Shown in pieces: positions 57,812-64,000 of a DNA stretch of 64,000 bases. Origin of the DNA: Bacteroidales bacterium (GTDB lineage Bacteria; Bacteroidota; Bacteroidia; Bacteroidales; UBA12077); NCBI GenBank assembly GCA_028282585.1, contig JANQHR010000052.1, positions 68,571 to 132,570 of the forward strand, in the 5' to 3' direction. The number at the start of each line of letters is the position of its first letter. Positions within the stretch are counted from its first letter, which is position 1. Under the pieces are notes generated by a model, which saw nothing but the letters and a program-made list of their open reading frames with translations, did no database searches and was not told the origin of the DNA. A program made the translations under genes and the position numbers.

Positions 57812-59144
57812 ATACTCTTTTATTTTTCCAATTTCCATAACGCAAATAAAAATAAGATAAAACACCTATAAGGATACCATAATATATTTCTATGGTCCAA
57901 ACATATACAATTTTGGCATTATCAATATTTGCTAAAACATAAGCCAAAGCTACATAAAAAACTATCACCGAAGTCTCAATTATAAAAGAAACCTTTGTCA
58001 TTCCAGTTCCTGAAACACCACTAAATAAAATAAATCCTGACGTTAAGAATATTGCTGCTACTGTAACCACTCTTAGTGACGGAAGTGAATCTTGAATCAA
58101 ATCTTTATTGTTGGTATAAATTGATAAAACTTTCTCCGGTATTATTAAATTTACCAGAACCAAACAAACAACGCAAGTAATACCTAATTTCAACACTTTA
58201 AAAACAATAGAGATTACCTCATTTGTTCTTTCCCTTCCAATTGCGTAGCTTACCAAAGTATTGGTTGCAGAATTAAATCCCCAAATAGGTATAAGCATAA
58301 CCACAAAAATACTTCGAATAATATTTGATATAGCTAAAGGTCTTTCTCCCATTTTCTCAACAAATAAAAAAAAGAAAAACCAACCCGCTAATGATATAAA
58401 ATTTTGCATCATCATTGGGAATGATATTTTTATTATCCTCCTAAATAATCTAAAACTGAAACTTCTGAATTCAAATAATCCAAAATATCTAAGATCGATG
58501 AATTTTAAAGTATAAATAATAAAGAATATACAAGCGGCAACTTCAGCTAATACTGAAGCTATAGCCGCTCCTGCTATTCCATATTCAGGAAATCCAAGAT
58601 TTCCAAATATCAAAGCGTAATCCAAAAATATATTGGTTATAGCCATAAAAACTGTAGTCCAGGTAATAACTTTGGTTCGCGCTATTCCTATATAAAAAGC
58701 TCTAAAACCAAAATTTATGCATGCAAAAAACAACCCCCAGATTCTATAAGTAAGATATTCATTTGTCGCGTTTTTTACTTGTTCCGAATCTAATACATTA
58801 TCAAAAATGAATGGCATAAGACCTCTCATTAAGAATATAAGTACTATTGAGAGAACAATTAAAAAATAATGAGAATGCTCAATTGTTTTTCCAATTTCAT
58901 TTTGTTTATTTTCTCCATGACGACGTGCTACGATAATCTGCGTACCTATTGAGAATCCAAACCCTAACATAATTAATGTAATATAAAATACACCACCAAT
59001 AGCTGCTGCTCCTAACTCAATTTCACCAACACGTCCTAGAAATGCAGTATCTGTTACACTAATTATATTTTGAACTATACTACCAAGTATAATTGGGTAT
59101 GCAATCCTCCATATTTCTTTATATGTAACCGAAGTTTTAACCAT
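57810..59144 (-). CDS. MATE family efflux transporter
   Basis: IAYPIIL, DTAFLGRVG..ELGA, NIFLDY.LIFG..G.P..GIAGAAIAS; about 12 transmembrane segments. Confidence 0.92.
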   Translation of the reverse strand: MVKTSVTYKEIWRIAYPIILGSIVQNIISVTDTAFLGRVGEIELGAAAIGGVFYITLIMLGFGFSIGTQIIVARRHGENKQNEIGKTIEHSHYFLIVLSIVLIFLMRGLMPFIFDNVLDSEQVKNATNEYLTYRIWGLFFACINFGFRAFYIGIARTKVITWTTVFMAITNIFLDYALIFGNLGFPEYGIAGAAIASVLAEVAACIFFIIYTLKFIDLRYFGLFEFRSFSFRLFRRIIKISFPMMMQNFISLAGWFFFFLFVEKMGERPLAISNIIRSIFVVMLIPIWGFNSATNTLVSYAIGRERTNEVISIVFKVLKLGITCVVCLVLVNLIIPEKVLSIYTNNKDLIQDSLPSLRVVTVAAIFLTSGFILFSGVSGTGMTKVSFIIETSVIVFYVALAYVLANIDNAKIVYVWTIEIYYGILIGVLSYFYLRYGNWKNKRV

Positions 59145-59380
59145 AGCATTTTACTAAACGCACAAAAGTAATGTAATTTCAATGATAAATACTTGACATA
59201 AGTTAAATTCATTATGAAATACGTATGAATAATCATCCTAATTGATTCTTTTATCAACTAAATGGGAAAATTTAACAAAATGTAGACAGAATAGATAAAA
59301 GCTTGTATTAATCTTCGTATATTTGATATTTTGTTAAATTTTACGTTAATTTACTAAACTGGCAAACCCTTAATCAACTT

Positions 59381-60286
59381 ATGTTGAATAGATTACTAAT
59401 CACTCAAAAGTTATTCGTTATTTTATTTGCAAGTAGTATTGTTTTATCTTGTTCTTCAAATAAAGAAAAACAGGCAGAAGAAGAAAGAATACCTATTAAA
59501 GAAATTGATACAACAGCGGTACTTCTTAAAATAAATAATACTTTATTTACTTTACCTTCACCCTATCAAGCTACTTATTCAATTAAGAACAGTGAGATTG
59601 AATTTGATAAGTCTTTATTAAATCCGCCTGATAACGTATCAAACTATACAACCAATTTTCAACAAGCAATTAATTTGGGAATATATGGAACGGATCTTGG
59701 ATATTTAAATGTTTATGATCAAATTCCTGATGTAATTTCTTATTTTACCGTTATTAAAAAGTTAAGTCAAGAATTGGGGATACATAATGCTTTGCAAGTA
59801 GACCTTATTGATAAAATCGAAAATAACATTGACAATCAAGATTCCCTTTTATACTATCTAACTGGCACTTACAGACAATTTGATTCTTATCTTAAATCGA
59901 ATAACAGGAAGGATATTGGCGTTTTAATTATTACTGGAGGCTGGATAGAAAGTATTTATATTCTTTCTAATAATGCCGTTAACAGTAAAAATCGTCAATT
60001 AATTAATAGGCTTGGAGAACAAAAGCATCCGTTAGATAATTTGATTGAAATCTTATCTCCATTTTATTATAAATCAAAAGAATTTTCTGTTTTGATTGAT
60101 AATTTAGTTGATTTAGCTTATGAATTTGATGGTATTATTTTTAGCTATTCTTATTCTGGTTTAGAAGTTCAGGAAGATAAACAACACACTTTGGTTAATA
60201 GTCAATCAAACGTAATTATATCAGAATATCATTTAGAAACAATAGCAAATAAAATTTCATCAATCAGAAATAAGATAATTTATTAA
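59381..60286 (+). CDS. Helical lipoprotein of unknown function
   Basis: VLSC lipobox; LPSP, AINLGIYGTDL.Y, GGWIES.Y motifs. Confidence 0.7.
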   Translation: MLNRLLITQKLFVILFASSIVLSCSSNKEKQAEEERIPIKEIDTTAVLLKINNTLFTLPSPYQATYSIKNSEIEFDKSLLNPPDNVSNYTTNFQQAINLGIYGTDLGYLNVYDQIPDVISYFTVIKKLSQELGIHNALQVDLIDKIENNIDNQDSLLYYLTGTYRQFDSYLKSNNRKDIGVLIITGGWIESIYILSNNAVNSKNRQLINRLGEQKHPLDNLIEILSPFYYKSKEFSVLIDNLVDLAYEFDGIIFSYSYSGLEVQEDKQHTLVNSQSNVIISEYHLETIANKISSIRNKIIY

Positions 60287-60295
60287 AATCAATCT

Positions 60296-60721
60296 ATGAA
60301 ATTAATATCCCTCAAGTTTATATTCTTTTTTATTTTAATAGTTTCTTTAAATAAAAATGTTGCAGCACAAAATAATTCATTAGTAAATTGTGCAAGTTTT
60401 CTTACCTCTGGATTTGTATCGGATGGTCAGGAATATCTTGCGAACCTTGATGAAAACAATATTGCTAAGTTCTATACAACTTTCTACGGTGGAAGTAAAT
60501 ACCGAATTATTGCTTGCACCGATATAAATAACATTCCTTTAATATTAACAGTTTACGATACAGAAAAAAATTTACTATTTTGCAATAAGGATCACAACTT
60601 TATAAATTATTGGAATTTTACATTTACATCGACAGTTGATTGCATTATTGAAATTGAATTTGATGTTGAAGATCACATTAAAGATGAAGTAATGCTGTTA
60701 ATTGGTTTTAAAGAAAAATAA
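60296..60721 (+). CDS. Small exported beta-sandwich protein of unknown function
   Basis: Signal peptide; SDGQEY, TFYGG..YRI.AC. Confidence 0.62.
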   Translation: MKLISLKFIFFFILIVSLNKNVAAQNNSLVNCASFLTSGFVSDGQEYLANLDENNIAKFYTTFYGGSKYRIIACTDINNIPLILTVYDTEKNLLFCNKDHNFINYWNFTFTSTVDCIIEIEFDVEDHIKDEVMLLIGFKEK

Positions 60722-60770
60722 TCGTATTTTCGTTTGAATCAAGTTGTCCGTTCGTTACAAATAGAATCCT

Positions 60771-63700
60771 ATGAGTGAACAGATTTTAAAAGCTTTAATG
60801 CAATTATTTGCAATTATCGCACACCCTACGAGCGATGCTAAAGATCGCAGAGCTATTGTTGAGTCTTTCTTAAAAAGACAGTTAAATCAAGAGACTGTTA
60901 AAACTTATTTAAAAGTATTTAATGATTATTATTCTGTTCATCAGGAAAAACTAAGTGAAAAAAGCAAACGTAAAAAGAGGTTCTCATCCAGTTCTGTTCG
61001 TGTCCTTAAAATCTGCACTCAAATAAACGAAGAACTTACTCAACGGCAGAAAAATGTTGTACTCGTTCAGTTATTAGAATTCGTAAAATCCGGTGGAGAA
61101 ATTACTGAACAAGAAATGGCATTTGTTACGACTGTAGCAGAAAGTTTTTATATTGAAAACGAAGAATACAAAGAAATTGAAGACTTTGTGTTTTTTGGTG
61201 AAGACAAATTACCTGATACTAAAAAGCTTTTAATAATTGATAGTAATGAAGATGTTGAAAATGAAAATATTTATCATCTCTCTAATCCTTCTTTATCAGG
61301 ACAATTAAGAGTATTGGAGGTTACTTCTGCAAACATGTATTACATAAAATACATGGGAAAAAGTGAGCTTTATCTTAACGGACAGTTACTCGAACAAGAA
61401 AAGGTTTATGTATTAAATAATGGTGCTTCCATTAGAAACCCAAAAATAAAACCAATTTATTACGGTGATATCATAAGCCAGTTCAATGTTGATAGAATTA
61501 AATCGCGAATAGTTTTTGAAGCTAGAGAAATTGGCTATAAATTTAAAACTGGTGCAATAGGATTGCATACAATGAGTTTTTCAGAAGAATCCGGAAAATT
61601 GATTGGCATAATGGGAGCTAGCGGAGCTGGGAAATCAACTTTACTAAATGTATTAAATGGAAGTTCTGCACCTACTGCGGGTGAAGTTCTGGTTAATGGT
61701 ATTAATATTCATTCCGAAAAAGATCAAATTGAAGGTCTTATAGGTCATGTATCACAAGATGATTTATTAATTGAAGAACTTACTGTTTACCAAAATTTAT
61801 ATTATAATGCGAAACTTTGTTTTGATAATTACACTGAACAAGAACTGCAGGATACTGTTTTAGAAGTACTGGAAAACCTTGGCCTTTATGAAATTAGAGA
61901 CATTGAGGTTGGAAGCCCATTGAATAAAAAGATTAGCGGTGGACAAAGAAAAAGATTAAATATTGCACTCGAACTAATAAGAGAACCTGCTGTACTTTTC
62001 TTAGATGAACCTACTTCCGGATTATCTTCAAGGGATTCTGAAAATATACTTGACTTATTAAAAGAGTTAACATTAAAAGGAAAGCTTGTATTTGTAGTTA
62101 TTCATCAACCGTCTTCAGATATTTTCAAAATGTTCGATAAATTACTTATCCTTGATACCGGAGGATTTTTAATTTATAATGGTGATCCAATTGATTCAAT
62201 AATATACTTTAAATCAAGTATACAGCATGCTAACTGGAGTGAAAGCGAATGTCACTGTTGTGGTAATGTTAATCCGGAACAAATATTCAATATAATAGAA
62301 ACCAAGGTATTGGATGAATACGGTAATTTTACCAATGATAGAAAAATAATACCAACGGAATGGCGTGAAAATTTTGAAAACCAAAAAGACGAAGCTGAAG
62401 AAAAGGCAAATAAGAAACTACCATCTTCAGATAAAACAGTACCTGAAATTTCATTCAAAACACCCAATGGATTTAGGCAATTTTTGGTATTTGTAAAACG
62501 TGATGTTTTATCGAAGCTAGCTAATACGCAATATCTTGTTATAAACTTTTTAGAGGCACCACTGTTAGCATTCTTATTGGCTTATATTATTAAATACTAT
62601 AATGTTAATGTTAGTAACGAACTAGGATATACGTTAAGTGAGAATAGTAATTTACCGGTTTTTATATTCATGTCGGTTATAGTTGCACTATTCATTGGTT
62701 TGACAGTTAGCGCGGAAGAAATTATTAAAGACCGGAAAATTCTTAAACGCGAGAAGTTCTTAAATTTAAGTTGGACCAGTTATTTATTTTCGAAAATTGC
62801 AGTGCAATTCTCATTATCGGCCATTCAAGCATTCCTTTTTGTCATTATTGGTAATTCAATTATGGAAATCCGGGGAATGTATCTAGAATATTGGTTAGTT
62901 CTTTTTAGTGCCTGGTGTGCTGCCAATATTATGGGGTTAGTTATATCCGATAGTTTTAAAACTGTAATTACAATTTATATATTAATACCATTTCTTATAA
63001 TTCCTCAACTGATTTTGAGTGGGATTATTGTGAAATTCGAAAAATTGAATCCCAATATATCCAGCCCAAGAGATATTCCTTTTTATGGTGAAATTATTAC
63101 AGCCCGTTGGGCTTATGAGGCTTTAGCAGTTTATCAGTTTAAAGAAAATAAATACGAAAAGCAGTTTTATAATTACAATAAGGCAATGAGTATTTCCGAT
63201 TTTAAGAAAAACTATTGGATCAGGACTTTAAATAATAAAGTTGCCTTTATTGAGCGAAATTTTGATAACGCCGAGCGGCTTGATGAACTTAAGCAAAATT
63301 TAGAGGTTTTACGTAATGAAATTGAAAAAGAATTAAATTCTGAATCTGGTCGTATTGTTAAGTTTGATTACTTGAACCAGTTATATTTCGATAAAATAAA
63401 TCCAGAAACGGTAAGAGCTCTAAAGAGTTATTTAGATATCTTAAACAGGTATTATATCAAACTATATAATAAAGCAAACGGTTTAAAAGACAAAACAATC
63501 TCCTCACTTCAGAAAACACCAGAGGATCGAGAAGAATTCATGAGTTTGAAACAAAAACATTATAATGAAAATCTTACCGATCTGGTACGAAATTCAAACG
63601 AAATGAACAGAATTATTGAATATAAGGGAGAATTATTTCAAAAAATCGATCCCGTATTTCTGGATCCTCAGAGTAAATTTATTAAAGCACATTTCTACGC

Positions 63701-63854
63701 TCCAAGAAAGCAGGTGTTTGGAAATTACTACGACACTTTCTGGGTAAACATAATAGTTATATGGGTAATGACAATTATGTTATACTTTATCCTGCGATAC
63801 AGATTACTTAGAAGATTACTAGATTATATCGAAGCGCGAAAATTCAAAAATTAA
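60771..63854 (+). CDS. ABCG-like fused ABC transporter (N-terminal TerB-like/FHA-like region + ATPase + ABC-2 membrane domain)
   Basis: GASGAGKST, ISGGQRKR, FLDEPTSGL, VIHQPS; C-terminal transmembrane helices. The N-terminal domain calls are tentative. Confidence 0.87.
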   Translation: MSEQILKALMQLFAIIAHPTSDAKDRRAIVESFLKRQLNQETVKTYLKVFNDYYSVHQEKLSEKSKRKKRFSSSSVRVLKICTQINEELTQRQKNVVLVQLLEFVKSGGEITEQEMAFVTTVAESFYIENEEYKEIEDFVFFGEDKLPDTKKLLIIDSNEDVENENIYHLSNPSLSGQLRVLEVTSANMYYIKYMGKSELYLNGQLLEQEKVYVLNNGASIRNPKIKPIYYGDIISQFNVDRIKSRIVFEAREIGYKFKTGAIGLHTMSFSEESGKLIGIMGASGAGKSTLLNVLNGSSAPTAGEVLVNGINIHSEKDQIEGLIGHVSQDDLLIEELTVYQNLYYNAKLCFDNYTEQELQDTVLEVLENLGLYEIRDIEVGSPLNKKISGGQRKRLNIALELIREPAVLFLDEPTSGLSSRDSENILDLLKELTLKGKLVFVVIHQPSSDIFKMFDKLLILDTGGFLIYNGDPIDSIIYFKSSIQHANWSESECHCCGNVNPEQIFNIIETKVLDEYGNFTNDRKIIPTEWRENFENQKDEAEEKANKKLPSSDKTVPEISFKTPNGFRQFLVFVKRDVLSKLANTQYLVINFLEAPLLAFLLAYIIKYYNVNVSNELGYTLSENSNLPVFIFMSVIVALFIGLTVSAEEIIKDRKILKREKFLNLSWTSYLFSKIAVQFSLSAIQAFLFVIIGNSIMEIRGMYLEYWLVLFSAWCAANIMGLVISDSFKTVITIYILIPFLIIPQLILSGIIVKFEKLNPNISSPRDIPFYGEIITARWAYEALAVYQFKENKYEKQFYNYNKAMSISDFKKNYWIRTLNNKVAFIERNFDNAERLDELKQNLEVLRNEIEKELNSESGRIVKFDYLNQLYFDKINPETVRALKSYLDILNRYYIKLYNKANGLKDKTISSLQKTPEDREEFMSLKQKHYNENLTDLVRNSNEMNRIIEYKGELFQKIDPVFLDPQSKFIKAHFYAPRKQVFGNYYDTFWVNIIVIWVMTIMLYFILRYRLLRRLLDYIEARKFKN

Positions 63855-63859
63855 ATAAA

Positions 63860-63883
63860 ATACCCATCAATAATGATGGGTAT
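63860..63883 (+). terminator. Stem-loop / probable terminator
   Basis: atacccatca-ataa-tgatgggtat directly after the stop codon; weak T tail. Confidence 0.55.
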
Positions 63884-64000
63884 AATTATATTTTAAAAGT
63901 TATTAGGCAATTTCAGAAGTAAGTAAACTATAAAAATTGAGAAGCTGTAGATTAAGTTTTACAGCTACTTTTTTATAAAAATCTTTTGGATTTATACTTT

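Overview
AT-rich Bacteroidota-type chromosomal window (TAnnTTTG promoter boxes, TonB receptors, lipoproteins). 1-20.1 kb is the 3' part of a flexirubin/aryl-polyene-type type II PKS/FAS operon; its probable CoA ligase lies separately at 25.0-26.3 kb. The most unusual signal is inside this operon. Three divergent four-helix-bundle genes (TIGR02436 / 23S rRNA-IVP / Avd-like) sit at gene junctions, each bracketed by its own pair of INVERTED arrays of short tandem repeats (7-mers or 8-10-mers). A fourth, gene-less copy of one array pair is read in frame as the N-terminus of a lipoprotein. A RAYT-like Y1 transposase with a REP-like palindrome is inserted in the same operon. The rest of the window holds a cobalamin riboswitch-controlled nrdD-DUF2721-nrdG operon, a PocR/PAS hybrid kinase, and a LytS/LytTR system with three matching direct-repeat promoters. 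It also has two TonB-dependent receptors, a second atypical acyl-CoA/fatty-acid cluster (non-canonical KAS III, degenerate AcpS, two crotonases, O-methyltransferase) and assorted envelope/transport genes. All calls come from reading motifs by eye; no searches were run.
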